IMG/VR virus record: IMGVR_UViG_3300009370_001221
Coordinates: 171,364-235,363 of that record
DNA length: 64,000 bases
Strand: one strand, 5' to 3'
The notes under the pieces are model-generated. The model was not told where the DNA came from and ran no database searches. It was given only the letters and a program-made list of their open reading frames with translations. This document shows, piece after piece, positions 19,864 through 29,811 of this stretch (within the stretch, counting starts at the first letter, position 1; each line of letters starts with the position of its first letter). The translations under genes and the position numbers were made by a program.

Positions 19864-21950
19864 GTCCCTTTATATATTGCCATTACTTTGGCATTATCTT
19901 CACCACGGTAATGATTATAATCACTAGCGTAACTCAACTGCAGGTTGAACGTGCTAGATTTACTTACCGCTGTTGTGTAGGACATTGTGTAGTCGATTTC
20001 TCGACCGTCTGGTGTCATGTCTGCTATTACGCCATCAAAGTGTAACGCACCACGCTCTATCCTGAGGGGTTGTGAAACACCAAATTTAACGGCTGAATCC
20101 TCATCTATGGCATAATCAGCACTAACACCAAATCCCATAGCATGGAAGTCGTCCATGCCCTTAACATATCCATAACCAGCATCACCCTGTGCCAATGCGT
20201 AAGTCATGTTACCACTTAAAGTCCAATCTTTAATACTCTTAGAGCGCCGTATGTTAATGTATCGAGACTCTAAATTTGACATATTAAGCAAACTCTGTCC
20301 TGGTGCCCAGCCAAGTAGTGTGTTGTCAGTAGCGACTGCTATATCAGTAGCACCAAACGACATGCCTGCTACAAAGTCTTCTACTTGGCCGTATTCATCA
20401 GGCTGTCCTATGCCAAAGTTGAATGAGTTATCTTTACCAAACTCAAATGCTTTAAACATAGTTGTGTCATTAAATGAGAAGCCAACATTATTGCTATTAA
20501 TAATGCTATTGTTCATGACACTTAACTGATCCTTAACAAAACCCAACTGCCAAAAACGATCGCCTCTGCTACCGGCTTCACGTTGAGCAGTATTGTTATT
20601 GTTCTTTTTATTACCAGTAATATCGTTCACTTTTACTTTGATTTGGCCAGTACTACCACCTGGTGATAATAATGTTCCAAAAGTGCCATCTTGGTATACA
20701 ACAATCCAATCTAATCGGCGATCACCATTAGCATGAACTGGCATAAGCATTCCATTCATACCTGCTTTAGGTATCCCAGCAAAAATAGGAGTTCCAAGTC
20801 TGCGGAAAGTACCGTTGCCATTGTTTAACCAAATGCCACCATGCTGAGTTCCTACACTACCTCCAAAATTTCTGTAGTGATTGACATATAAGTCTTTATG
20901 GCCATCACCATTAATATCTAGCAACCTTGGCGGATGTCCTTTTGACCAAGACCCAACTATTGCACCAATATTGAACTGTTGTTTTTTGTGTAATTTACCG
21001 CCACCTCTGGTATATACTCTCATCCAACTATTCTGTGTGCAATCATCACCACACTCGCCATATACAAGTAAGTCATTACCGTTTTTAAGTATTAACCTGC
21101 CGTACATTGCTCCTGGGCCACCTGGCAATTTCTGTATTACAGTAAAATTTTTCCCGCCATGATTTTTCCATACAGTTAGACCACCACCAGGAACTACGCC
21201 ACCGCCACTTAATTGATGAGCAGTTGGTCGTGCCTCTCCAACAGTAATCATTTCCTTATAACCATCACCATCTAAATCTAGAAAAGCACCAGTAAATGCG
21301 CCAGTATTTCCTGACCATACACCTAAACTTTGTGCTATGCCATTACCTGGATGATTACCAAATGCTCCTGGTTGGAAATTAGAAAATATTGAAGTCCCTG
21401 CCTTAAACGTAATTAAGTCCAGTTTTCCATCTTTATCTATATCTTCAACGAGTGCATGATGCATTACTGCCCTGACACCAGAGAACGGTACGCAATTGCT
21501 ACTAGTGCAATTGAGTGGCGTCATTACGTCATCGGTGTATGGGTTGCCGTGCCCTACAATAATTGCTCGTTTAGAAAAGTAATCTCCATACCATTCTGTT
21601 GTAAGATTACGAATAGATCCACCCCTCCATTGCACATGATAAGAGCCATCAGGCCTACTCATAAAAACAAAAGGCCTAACAATTGGACTCACACTGTGAT
21701 TTCTATTCCACGAGTAAGCAGATTGTAGATTTAACACATCACTCTTGCCATCACCATTCCAATCACGTGAAACGTAATTGTTATGATCATACACATATTT
21801 CCATATATTGGGAATGTTTCCATGCCCTGCTTTGAATGAATAATTGTTACTCAAACCTCCAGCATGTGCATCAAATGGCATAAACAACCCTAACACCAAT
21901 ACAACACCTACAGCATACAAATACAACATCGACAATGAAATCTTCTTCAT
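19857..21950 (-). CDS. secreted FG-GAP/VCBS repeat protein with a C-terminal beta-barrel-like region
   Basis: signal peptide; DWNGDG, DIDKDG, DLDGDG, DINGDG repeats; amphipathic strands ending in terminal Trp. Confidence 0.7.
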   Translation of the reverse strand: MKKISLSMLYLYAVGVVLVLGLFMPFDAHAGGLSNNYSFKAGHGNIPNIWKYVYDHNNYVSRDWNGDGKSDVLNLQSAYSWNRNHSVSPIVRPFVFMSRPDGSYHVQWRGGSIRNLTTEWYGDYFSKRAIIVGHGNPYTDDVMTPLNCTSSNCVPFSGVRAVMHHALVEDIDKDGKLDLITFKAGTSIFSNFQPGAFGNHPGNGIAQSLGVWSGNTGAFTGAFLDLDGDGYKEMITVGEARPTAHQLSGGGVVPGGGLTVWKNHGGKNFTVIQKLPGGPGAMYGRLILKNGNDLLVYGECGDDCTQNSWMRVYTRGGGKLHKKQQFNIGAIVGSWSKGHPPRLLDINGDGHKDLYVNHYRNFGGSVGTQHGGIWLNNGNGTFRRLGTPIFAGIPKAGMNGMLMPVHANGDRRLDWIVVYQDGTFGTLLSPGGSTGQIKVKVNDITGNKKNNNNTAQREAGSRGDRFWQLGFVKDQLSVMNNSIINSNNVGFSFNDTTMFKAFEFGKDNSFNFGIGQPDEYGQVEDFVAGMSFGATDIAVATDNTLLGWAPGQSLLNMSNLESRYINIRRSKSIKDWTLSGNMTYALAQGDAGYGYVKGMDDFHAMGFGVSADYAIDEDSAVKFGVSQPLRIERGALHFDGVIADMTPDGREIDYTMSYTTAVSKSSTFNLQLSYASDYNHYRGEDNAKVMAIYKGTW

Positions 21951-21964
21951 TTCCTTAACCTCGT

Positions 21965-22183
21965 TTATCTTTCTAAAATTACAAAAGAACCAAAATTACT
22001 ATCAAAGACCTGAAGCAAGTTTTCATAATCACTTGACATCATTTCTTTAATAATCTTTTCAGAATCAAGTCCCAACTGTCTTGCAAAACGTTCTGCGTAG
22101 GCCATTAATGCATATGCATTACCATCAGGCCCTGTGATATCAATCACAAGTTCTTTTTTGCGTCGTTTTTTACGAATTGTCAT
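21965..22183 (-). CDS. hypothetical protein
   Basis: IDITGPDGNAYALM; ORF in operon. Confidence 0.7.
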   Translation of the reverse strand: MTIRKKRRKKELVIDITGPDGNAYALMAYAERFARQLGLDSEKIIKEMMSSDYENLLQVFDSNFGSFVILER

Positions 22184-22203
22184 TACTTTACACTCAATTT
22201 GGT

Positions 22204-23493
22204 TTATGACATGTGGGTTTCGTAGTAAGCATGGGCACCAAACGGCGGTACCGGTGCTCCTTCAATGCGGTGAGTGTGTATTATAAAACAAGTGTCACAA
22301 TACTTCTCATCGCCCCATGAACCCCACGGATAACCATCTGTGAACATAACTAACTTCTTAGGTTCAATGGCATTCTCTTTTAGATACTCGTATACTGCTT
22401 CAAAAGAAGTTCCACCGCCACCAACTATTTCATAACTGTGAATGTCATGTAAGTTGTCGGCAGTAAAATCCGCTTCATTATATACTTCAGTATCAAAGCA
22501 GAAGACCTTAATGTTAAACGTAGTGTAGGCGTCCATAATGCCTTTAATCTCTGAGAGGAAATCACGCACCATGTCTTCGCTTATGCTACCGCTAACATCA
22601 ATAGCAACTACTAAATCAATCGTTTCGTCTGGAACCATACCCGGCAACATAACGCCCGTATGCCACGCCTTGCGATTGGGTCGCATCCAACTAAAATCAC
22701 TTTTAATGGTGCTCTTAATTTGGACGTCCAACAAATCCCGCCAGTTCATTTTGGGCTCGGTTAATTCCTTAATCATCCGAGCAACACCAGCAGGAATATT
22801 TCCAGCACCAGCAGTCTGTGCGGCACTGAGAATTGCTTCTTTCATTTCGTCCTTAATCTCTTTACGCTCTTGGTCGGAAAGGACTGGCCGATCACCTGCG
22901 CCCTGCTCATCACCACTGCCACCACCCTCACCATCATCATCAAGGTGGTCGTCAAGGACTTTGTCGAGCAGATCTTCTATGTCAATCTTCTCAACATTTT
23001 CGTATAAGTCGTCATATACTTCTTCAAACGACTGGCCGTAGTATTTGGAATCGTGTATAATGGGAACCACATCAATTGGCTCACCAATTTTGTGCTGTAT
23101 CAAATCACCATTTACGCAGTAGTCTGCGGCAATGTTTGATAACTGCCCATCACGCTCGCCTCTGCGACCAATGTGATCATACACTACGTGAAGGACTTCG
23201 TGCCCAAACAGAAACTCTATCTGTTTCGGCGATAATTGTTTCAGGAACTTCGTGTTATAGTAAAACCTACGGCCATCTGTAGCGGCGGTAGGCAACCATC
23301 TATCAGCATTTACGAGTGTCAGGCGTGTAGCCAAATTACCGAAAAACGGCTCTTTGAGCAACAGCCCAATTCGTGCTGTAGTAAGGGACTCTCGAATTTC
23401 TTTATCAAGATCCCAGTCAGTTTCAAACCCAATCTCTAGATTAGGATTCTTTGCTAATTTGCTATCAGCGGTAGTTGAACTTGGGGAGGTCAT
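22204..23493 (-). CDS. VWA-domain metallopeptidase-like protein (DUF2201 type)
   Basis: HEVLH (HExxH), N.A.D..VN, DVSGS MIDAS, GGGT.F, FTDG. Confidence 0.88.
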   Translation of the reverse strand: MTSPSSTTADSKLAKNPNLEIGFETDWDLDKEIRESLTTARIGLLLKEPFFGNLATRLTLVNADRWLPTAATDGRRFYYNTKFLKQLSPKQIEFLFGHEVLHVVYDHIGRRGERDGQLSNIAADYCVNGDLIQHKIGEPIDVVPIIHDSKYYGQSFEEVYDDLYENVEKIDIEDLLDKVLDDHLDDDGEGGGSGDEQGAGDRPVLSDQERKEIKDEMKEAILSAAQTAGAGNIPAGVARMIKELTEPKMNWRDLLDVQIKSTIKSDFSWMRPNRKAWHTGVMLPGMVPDETIDLVVAIDVSGSISEDMVRDFLSEIKGIMDAYTTFNIKVFCFDTEVYNEADFTADNLHDIHSYEIVGGGGTSFEAVYEYLKENAIEPKKLVMFTDGYPWGSWGDEKYCDTCFIIHTHRIEGAPVPPFGAHAYYETHMS

Positions 23494-23522
23494 ATGTCTA
23501 TATTACCATTTAATATACTTAT

Positions 23523-23578
23523 ATTATAGCATTTATCTGCTAATCTGTCACGGAAAATAGTGCTGTAAGTGCTTGAAT
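23523..23578 (-). promoter_or_regulatory. sigma70-like promoter (GTGACA-17-TATAAT, extended -10) with upstream ATTCAAGCACTTA box
   Basis: motifs read on minus strand upstream of the VWA gene. Confidence 0.6.
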
Positions 23579-23630
23579 TGGCAGGCAGTACTGAGGCATT
23601 GCGCCCGTTCCTGCCTGCCTCCCAAGTATC

Positions 23631-24758
23631 CTATGCCTCCATTGCCGAAATGACGTATTTTCCAAACCGCTTGTGGAACTCATCAAACGACTTGAGTTTA
23701 CCAGGCACTAGCGGCAGGTTGTAGTTCGTAAGGGCCATTTTCGCGCCCATTACCGTCACCTCTGTAAGGAAGTTATCCATCATGAAACGGAAGAAGTTGT
23801 CGCACATTGCATGCCATTCCTTACCAGGATTCTGCTTCTTGGCCTTCTTGTAGGAATCACGCAACTCGTAACACATCGAGATGGTTAGCGAGTACATTGC
23901 AGACACTTCTTTCACTTCAAGTTTGGTCACCGTGCCGTCAAGTATATCTGACGGGTTGGGCAATTTGCCTGAATGCTTTCGGTGAGCGTTAAACTTGACA
24001 GCCAGGCCTTCACCAACCGTACCAGCAACCAAGTCTGTGATTTCGCTCTCCGTCATATCCGGATCGCCATCTTCTTCCTGAAGTAACTCACTCACAAACA
24101 CCCAGGATCGCGGTGTGGCAAACGAGCGTTCGTTGCTACCCGCATCAAAATTGTAGAGATCGTTCTTTGAGAAGGTCAGGTAACCCAACACATCGGGATG
24201 AATCTGATGTTCAACTGCCCACTCCTGCCACGTATCAAAATCTGCGGACACTTCAACATGGACGAAACGGTTTGCCAACGGGGAGGGCATTCTGTAAGTG
24301 ACGCCACGGTCAGTCTCACGGTTCCCTGCCGCTACGATAACACAGTTATCGGGCAATTTGTAAGTACCAATTCGTCCGTTGAGCACCAACTGATAAGCGG
24401 CGGCCTGAGTTGCCATCGGAGCAGAGTTTAACTCGTCCAAAAACAATATGACGATGTCGTGTTCTGCGGCCTGTTCCGCTGTGGGAAGATCCACAGGGTG
24501 TGCCCAGGACATTGTATTCGCGGCCTGGTTGTAATACGGAATACCACGCAAGTCGGTGGGTTCCATCAAAGCCATACGCAGGTCGATAAGCCAACCATTC
24601 TTAAAAGAGCCAGTAATCTGCTCCATAAGGTCACTCTTACCAATGCCTGGCGGCCCCCATACAAATATTGGTCGCTTCCGCTTCATTGCGCGGCGGATTG
24701 ACTTCTCCGCTCCACGCAGGGTGACGGTGCGAACTTCGGCTTGTGCTGATTGTGCCAT
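23631..24758 (-). CDS. MoxR-type AAA+ ATPase
   Basis: GPPGIGKS Walker A, LFLDE Walker B, AAGNR, PLANRF, TPRSW. Confidence 0.9.
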   Translation of the reverse strand: MAQSAQAEVRTVTLRGAEKSIRRAMKRKRPIFVWGPPGIGKSDLMEQITGSFKNGWLIDLRMALMEPTDLRGIPYYNQAANTMSWAHPVDLPTAEQAAEHDIVILFLDELNSAPMATQAAAYQLVLNGRIGTYKLPDNCVIVAAGNRETDRGVTYRMPSPLANRFVHVEVSADFDTWQEWAVEHQIHPDVLGYLTFSKNDLYNFDAGSNERSFATPRSWVFVSELLQEEDGDPDMTESEITDLVAGTVGEGLAVKFNAHRKHSGKLPNPSDILDGTVTKLEVKEVSAMYSLTISMCYELRDSYKKAKKQNPGKEWHAMCDNFFRFMMDNFLTEVTVMGAKMALTNYNLPLVPGKLKSFDEFHKRFGKYVISAMEA

Positions 24759-24779
24759 AGTTTTTCCTCTTACTTGGGT

Positions 24780-25190
24780 TTACAAAATGCCTTTCCGCCC
24801 AGCGGAATAGCCTTTGAGATAAACGGTGCCATACTCATTTACACAACTGGCACCAATATCTTCTGCGAAAATATTGCCACGGACACCATTTTTCACGGGA
24901 GCCTTCCAACTACCCTTCAAAATGTCGCCGTTCTCCATATTCACGAACGTGTGAACAGTAGTCTGGCCGTACTCAACTCCAGTGTTCTCTTCGCCAACAA
25001 TGTCAGGATCGCCATTTTTCCAGTGACGGTGCATTGTAACGACTTTCGCGTATTTCTTGCCAAAAATGACGTCAACTTCGTTGGAAGGACCATGGGTGTA
25101 TCCCATCAATTTCCAGTAATTGTCATTCATGGTTTGGACCATACTTACATATTCAACTATGCGGTCCATCATTTCTCGTTCGGGTATCAT
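24780..25190 (-). CDS. hypothetical protein
   Basis: KKYAKVV..HTFVN..NGDILK..SWKAP...VRGNI. Confidence 0.7.
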   Translation of the reverse strand: MIPEREMMDRIVEYVSMVQTMNDNYWKLMGYTHGPSNEVDVIFGKKYAKVVTMHRHWKNGDPDIVGEENTGVEYGQTTVHTFVNMENGDILKGSWKAPVKNGVRGNIFAEDIGASCVNEYGTVYLKGYSAGRKGIL

Positions 25191-25228
25191 ATACTTGGGT
25201 TCCTATTGATTCCTTAACTTGTTCTACT

Positions 25229-25318
25229 ATTATAGCAGATTCCTGTCAGAAGTCTACCTTTTTGGGCCGATAAGTGCTTGATTTCATTGATTTTTCACAT
25301 TTTTTTAAGTCATTGATT
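25229..25318 (-). promoter_or_regulatory. sigma70-like promoter (GTAGAC-17-TATAAT) with two upstream AATCAA(G/T)(C/G)ACTTA boxes
   Basis: same architecture as 23523 and 30297. Confidence 0.65.
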
Positions 25319-25355
25319 TTAAAGGCTTTTTTCGATCTGGGTAAATATTGATGTT

Positions 25356-26078
25356 ATGACACAACAGATCTGGGTTCACGACAGGCTCGATGAAGCATTG
25401 CCATTCTGTGTTCAGACCATAGGCAAGAATGGTAGTACTCGATTACACAAGTGGCTAAACCATTACGAATTTACAAATGCCCGATGGGATTTTGTCGGCA
25501 ATCACGATATCTATAAGCATTTTCCTACCTATGTTTTTATACAAGATCCTATCGATAGATTCGTAAAAGGATTCGCTGAACTAATTAGTAATTTGCGGCC
25601 TGCTTATGATGTAGGTTCACAAGCAGGAGATCCTACCAATATAATAGCATCACCAGCATCAGAGCATGTTAATATTAAGGAAGTATTAAATAAAATGCCT
25701 ACAGATGCTGTAGATGCATTTTTATTTCATTTTCTTCAACATTTAGATATGTACATGCGTGATTATCATCTTAAATTACAGATTAGTATATTAACATCAT
25801 TGTCTAGTTTTAATTTAGAATATGAAGTATTAAAGATAGACGATATAGATAACTTTCACAATATAGCTAAAGAAAAACACGCCCAACATTTTGCTGAGCG
25901 TGTTGATGGACATGCTAATGGATTAATACCTATTGATCCAGAGCGTGTAGAAGATTCTGACCGCCAATTTATAGAAGATCGTGTTCACAAAATCTTAGTT
26001 GACCATTTAGATGGTGAACTCTCGGCTATCCGAGAGTATCTCTTACCTGATTTGGGTTTGTGGGATCTTCTTAATTAA
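25356..26078 (+). CDS. sulfotransferase family 2-like protein
   Basis: TIGKNGST and FIQDPIDRFVKGF. Confidence 0.6.
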   Translation: MTQQIWVHDRLDEALPFCVQTIGKNGSTRLHKWLNHYEFTNARWDFVGNHDIYKHFPTYVFIQDPIDRFVKGFAELISNLRPAYDVGSQAGDPTNIIASPASEHVNIKEVLNKMPTDAVDAFLFHFLQHLDMYMRDYHLKLQISILTSLSSFNLEYEVLKIDDIDNFHNIAKEKHAQHFAERVDGHANGLIPIDPERVEDSDRQFIEDRVHKILVDHLDGELSAIREYLLPDLGLWDLLN

Positions 26079-26565
26079 TACACATTCCTTTAAATGATTC
26101 GCACTCCCATGCCCACCAGTGATTTGCCCTTTTTGGGTCACCAGTATCTCTATCAAAAGGAATATCTATATTAGATGTTTTCGAAATATGTTTATAAGCA
26201 TCACGTGGTATTGCAAAATAGTAAAATTTATTTTGCTTGCGTTCGTAAACTTGAATACGTAGTGTACCAGTTTTTCCGGAAACGCTTGTTATTGGAGCGC
26301 CGTATTGTCTTCCATAATTATGTGTTCGAGCAGATGCCATTTTACAATCAGAACCATCACTTAAATCTGCCTGATCTTCTGATATAACTTTATACTTGCC
26401 TACTTTTGCCACAGCGTTTTCAAAACAAGTACTAACCTCTAATAGACCGCCTTCTAATAGCAATCTTACTGTTTTCTTATCATAACTGCGCCACTTTGGT
26501 AGATACTTCATGAAATTTTTAAAATGGGCAATTTCTAAATGAAGGACATCGCCTTTTGTTGCCAT
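26071..26565 (-). CDS. hypothetical protein, possible PD-(D/E)xK nuclease
   Basis: E...A......D.SDGSDCK pattern. Confidence 0.45.
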   Translation of the reverse strand: MATKGDVLHLEIAHFKNFMKYLPKWRSYDKKTVRLLLEGGLLEVSTCFENAVAKVGKYKVISEDQADLSDGSDCKMASARTHNYGRQYGAPITSVSGKTGTLRIQVYERKQNKFYYFAIPRDAYKHISKTSNIDIPFDRDTGDPKRANHWWAWECESFKGMCIN

Positions 26566-26650
26566 AATATTTCGCTAATGTGGCGTGTTGTCTTCTATTA
26601 AAGAAAAACGTGTAATGCCATTACTAACATTACGAGACACAATGCTTCCA

Positions 26651-26953
26651 TTATTTTATCCGTGGATCAACTTGCATGATGTGGACGTTATCTTTTTCAT
26701 CTCTTCGTACTGAGATTGTTTTGCCGTTCCGTACTGCATAAGAATTAGCGGCACTATACGCGGCACATCCACCACCTATATCCCGTCTCTTTGAACTTGG
26801 GTCACTTGCTGGAACTGTGAAACCATATCCAGGACCTTTATCAAAAACCGCCTCCATCTGGCGAGACCATTTACCTCTTGAGCGACCCCTAATCGGAGGA
26901 AAATCACTCGGCTTCATTTTCTTGACTTTATAAACTACTTTTTTATTTGGCAT
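26651..26953 (-). CDS. hypothetical basic protein
   Basis: ORF in operon. Confidence 0.55.
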   Translation of the reverse strand: MPNKKVVYKVKKMKPSDFPPIRGRSRGKWSRQMEAVFDKGPGYGFTVPASDPSSKRRDIGGGCAAYSAANSYAVRNGKTISVRRDEKDNVHIMQVDPRIK

Positions 26954-26984
26954 TACTATTACCTGTTGTTAAAATATGAAAAGT

Positions 26985-27007
26985 ATGGGGGGCATTGCGC
27001 CCCCCAT
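26985..27007 (-). terminator. intrinsic terminator
   Basis: ATGGGGGGC-loop-GCCCCCCAT stem followed by ACTTTT on minus strand. Confidence 0.7.
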
Positions 27008-27016
27008 GATTGTTGC

Positions 27017-27271
27017 TTACGCAGAACCGTTAGCAATAGCGCGGTAACCGGCGCCAACTACGGCACGAGATGCCGTACCCATTCGATACTTCGAACTTGT
27101 GCGTCCTTTCGTATCAACACGGGTGTTGGTATAGACCGGGTGGCCTTGGAAACGAAGACTCTGAATCAGAGCGCCTGGGTTCCCAACATTCCAACGAGCA
27201 GAGATCTGCTTCGCGGTAAGTTCCTGGCCTTCCTGTAGTGCTGAAAGCACCTTTGCTGTTTTGGTTGTCAT
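27017..27271 (-). CDS. small winged-HTH DNA-binding protein
   Basis: VL.AL..G.ELTAKQI..R..V.NP...I..LR..G..VY. Confidence 0.7.
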   Translation of the reverse strand: MTTKTAKVLSALQEGQELTAKQISARWNVGNPGALIQSLRFQGHPVYTNTRVDTKGRTSSKYRMGTASRAVVGAGYRAIANGSA

Positions 27272-27353
27272 ATATGACTCCTTTCAAAATGGCAGATTAA
27301 GGGCCCGCCTTTCCCTATCCCACATAATGTGGAAATCTTTATTACAATATACT

Positions 27354-27382
27354 ATGATACACGATCTAAGGTATATTGTCAA
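27354..27382 (-). promoter_or_regulatory. sigma70-like promoter
   Basis: TTGACA-17-TATCAT. Confidence 0.65.
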
Positions 27383-27392
27383 GTGTTTTGTG

Positions 27393-27632
27393 TTATTCTT
27401 CGATAATGTCGACGTCTTTTATCGGAAGTACAAAAGTCCAACCTTTTTTGCTGTCCTTAACTTCATATACTTCTGTTTCGTAATCTACTGCAATTACAGT
27501 TCCTTCTCTCACTAGCACTTTCTCATTGGTAATGGGCACGTCAGCAAGCGAATAAAAACCGCCTGGTCGACCCCACTCATCTACAGGAAATAATTTCTTG
27601 TAGGTACATTTTGGTGTATCATAATCACTCAT
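27393..27632 (-). CDS. hypothetical protein
   Basis: GGAG SD, ORF in operon. Confidence 0.6.
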   Translation of the reverse strand: MSDYDTPKCTYKKLFPVDEWGRPGGFYSLADVPITNEKVLVREGTVIAVDYETEVYEVKDSKKGWTFVLPIKDVDIIEE

Positions 27633-27641
27633 TATTTTCTC

Positions 27642-28220
27642 CTATTTTTCAAAATCTGCAAAGTATTTCTGCCAAGTTTCCTTTGATTTTGCGTTGTCCT
27701 GAGTTAATTTCCCTGATTTCATACCATTGCCACTGTATTCAATATTTAGATAATTACCCGGAAAAACAATATGTTGGGTATCAATGGGAACGCCATTTCC
27801 GCAAACAAAATAAAATGATGGCATATCAATTCGTTGTTCGCCTCGATGTATTTCCCAACATTTTATTTTCTTACCACTATTCCATTCCTTCCACTGCCTG
27901 CAATACTTGTCGTTTTCAAAAGTAACAGTTCCTTTTGACCAGTCCTTGCCATTTAATTTAGGCATCCAGCCAACAGTCTTTTTATTTGTAGGATAATAGA
28001 TCGCAAAAGTGCCCCAACTATCAACTGATAGGAGAGTATTACCAGATAGAAGTTGTTCAATCTCGGCCGTGTTTAATTTTGTTTCTGCTTTGCCTCTCCA
28101 CGTTACACCTTTTTCAGCGGTGCAATTATGTAGACGAGTGTTTTTGGCTTTTATTTCATTTATGTCAGCAATTGCTGACATAGATAAAAGCAATGTTACT
28201 GCGAATAGTATTTTTTTCAT
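27642..28220 (-). CDS. secreted hypothetical protein (start at MKKILF)
   Basis: signal peptide MKKILFAVTLLLSMSAIA. Confidence 0.65.
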   Translation of the reverse strand: MKKILFAVTLLLSMSAIADINEIKAKNTRLHNCTAEKGVTWRGKAETKLNTAEIEQLLSGNTLLSVDSWGTFAIYYPTNKKTVGWMPKLNGKDWSKGTVTFENDKYCRQWKEWNSGKKIKCWEIHRGEQRIDMPSFYFVCGNGVPIDTQHIVFPGNYLNIEYSGNGMKSGKLTQDNAKSKETWQKYFADFEK

Positions 28221-28221
28221 G

Positions 28222-28446
28222 TTAATCAGTCCCTCTCCATTTAAGTTGAAATTCTTTGCGCGGACCATAGAGTTCGTTCTTCTCGTCCCGGCGTTGCTGT
28301 TCTTCTACTTCTTCAGAATTGAAGTCATCCGTATCTTCAACCATTTTAAATCCAAGATTAGAAAGATATTCAATCATTGATTGTGGATGAAACGAACACA
28401 CTCGTTCGCCATACTCGTTATAAAAACCTGGTCCTTTATATGTCAT
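28222..28446 (-). CDS. hypothetical protein
   Basis: ORF in operon. Confidence 0.5.
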   Translation of the reverse strand: MTYKGPGFYNEYGERVCSFHPQSMIEYLSNLGFKMVEDTDDFNSEEVEEQQRRDEKNELYGPRKEFQLKWRGTD

Positions 28447-28598
28447 TGCAAACTCTCCAATATTTCGTCAATATCAAATGCGAGCACAGCATCCTCTGGG
28501 AGGGTATGCTCAATTGCAACTATGTCCTCATCGGACATTTCTGCCAGCTTGTCTTTAATAAACTCGCGTGTCATCCAAAATAATCGTTCAGCATCCAT
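28443..28598 (-). CDS. small acidic hypothetical protein (MDAERLFWMTREF...)
   Basis: 51-aa ORF filling the gap, overlapping neighbours. Confidence 0.5.
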   Translation of the reverse strand: MDAERLFWMTREFIKDKLAEMSDEDIVAIEHTLPEDAVLAFDIDEILESLQ

Positions 28599-29089
28599 TA
28601 AAAGTCTCCATTATCGACTTGAAATACGCGGAGTCCATTGCGTCTCCACATGTCCACAACTCTGTTTCTGTCGTCAAATGCCATTGTAGGATTGAATCCA
28701 AACTTCTTCATATCCGCAAGCATATTTTCTTTAACCTCAGAATCGGAATGGTATTGTTCCCACATACCTCGGAACAATGCTAGGTCGTACTTAACACCAG
28801 CATCTTTTAATTGCTTGAGCGTCAAGTCTTTGTCTTGCTCAAGCCGCCCTGTGGAAATAATAATACGATGCCCTGCCTCTTTCAGCAATTTGGCCATCAT
28901 CACGACATCCTTGTTGGGAGTGTCCCAGATCATGTCCGCACGAAAGGCTTTCCAATCTTTCGGTTTTTGCTCAACATGATGGCGCCGATGGTCAATGTCC
29001 ATCAGCGTCCCATCCACATCAAAGATGACATCTGCCATATTATTTCCCATTGATATTCCACACAGGTTTAAACCGTTTAAGTAGTGCAT
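28598..29089 (-). CDS. HAD phosphatase, polynucleotide kinase (PseT) 3'-phosphatase-like (likely start MADVIFD)
   Basis: FDVDGTL, STGR, K, FDDR..VV.MWR..GL..FQV. Confidence 0.85.
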   Translation of the reverse strand: MHYLNGLNLCGISMGNNMADVIFDVDGTLMDIDHRRHHVEQKPKDWKAFRADMIWDTPNKDVVMMAKLLKEAGHRIIISTGRLEQDKDLTLKQLKDAGVKYDLALFRGMWEQYHSDSEVKENMLADMKKFGFNPTMAFDDRNRVVDMWRRNGLRVFQVDNGDF

Positions 29090-29483
29090 CTTCTTCCTGA
29101 TCCACTAAATTAATTTCACGTGTAACCTGTTCTCCAAGTAACATATACGATTGTTTGATACTATCACAAACTCTTCCGTATATTTTAATCTCTTGCCCAC
29201 TGTTGATTGTATCTCTTATCAGTTTCGCTTTATTGATCCCAGTGGCACTTCCTCCACGCCATCCTCCGCGATGTTCACCTAGTCGTTTATTGATGCCCTT
29301 ACTAGCCATGCCTATGTAAACAACTGAATCGCCAACTACCCAGGCATATATTTGTCCTTGCGATAGTTTAAATTCTGGATCCTCTATCTTGTATTTGACT
29401 TCTTCTCCATCAAGATAGATACTGCCCGCCGGCCGGAAGGCGTACTCTTGTAAGTCTTGTAGCCGGCAGGAAGTAAATTCCAT
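29040..29483 (-). CDS. GIY-YIG nuclease-like protein
   Basis: QIYAW......VYIG......KRL..H, late E and N. Confidence 0.7.
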   Translation of the reverse strand: MEFTSCRLQDLQEYAFRPAGSIYLDGEEVKYKIEDPEFKLSQGQIYAWVVGDSVVYIGMASKGINKRLGEHRGGWRGGSATGINKAKLIRDTINSGQEIKIYGRVCDSIKQSYMLLGEQVTREINLVDQEEDALLKRFKPVWNINGK

Positions 29484-29486
29484 TTG

Positions 29487-29810
29487 TTATATCTTCTCGA
29501 GCATCGTCCCCGGAACACGCCATGAGCCATACTGCCCGCAATCAACAACTACGCGAGTCCGTTTGACTTCCACAACATCGCCCGTCATCTGCTTCGGAAC
29601 ACGGCCACGGTTAGTCTTACGACCACTCGTTACCATAACACGGTCACCTGGCTGTAGAGCACCAATACGTGCCTTACCCTTGCGGCGGCGTGCCTCCATG
29701 ACCAGTTTGCTTACAGCCTTCAACTGATCCATGTCCATTGCGTCAAAGTCCACTCGATGAAGAGCGTCGATTGCTTCTTTGTTTTTCTCTTGTTCGTTAA
29801 AGCCTTCCAT
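29487..29810 (-). CDS. hypothetical protein with KOW/SH3-like region
   Basis: LQPGDRV.V......G.V..VKRTR.VV. Confidence 0.6.
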   Translation of the reverse strand: MEGFNEQEKNKEAIDALHRVDFDAMDMDQLKAVSKLVMEARRRKGKARIGALQPGDRVMVTSGRKTNRGRVPKQMTGDVVEVKRTRVVVDCGQYGSWRVPGTMLEKI

Positions 29811-29811
29811 A

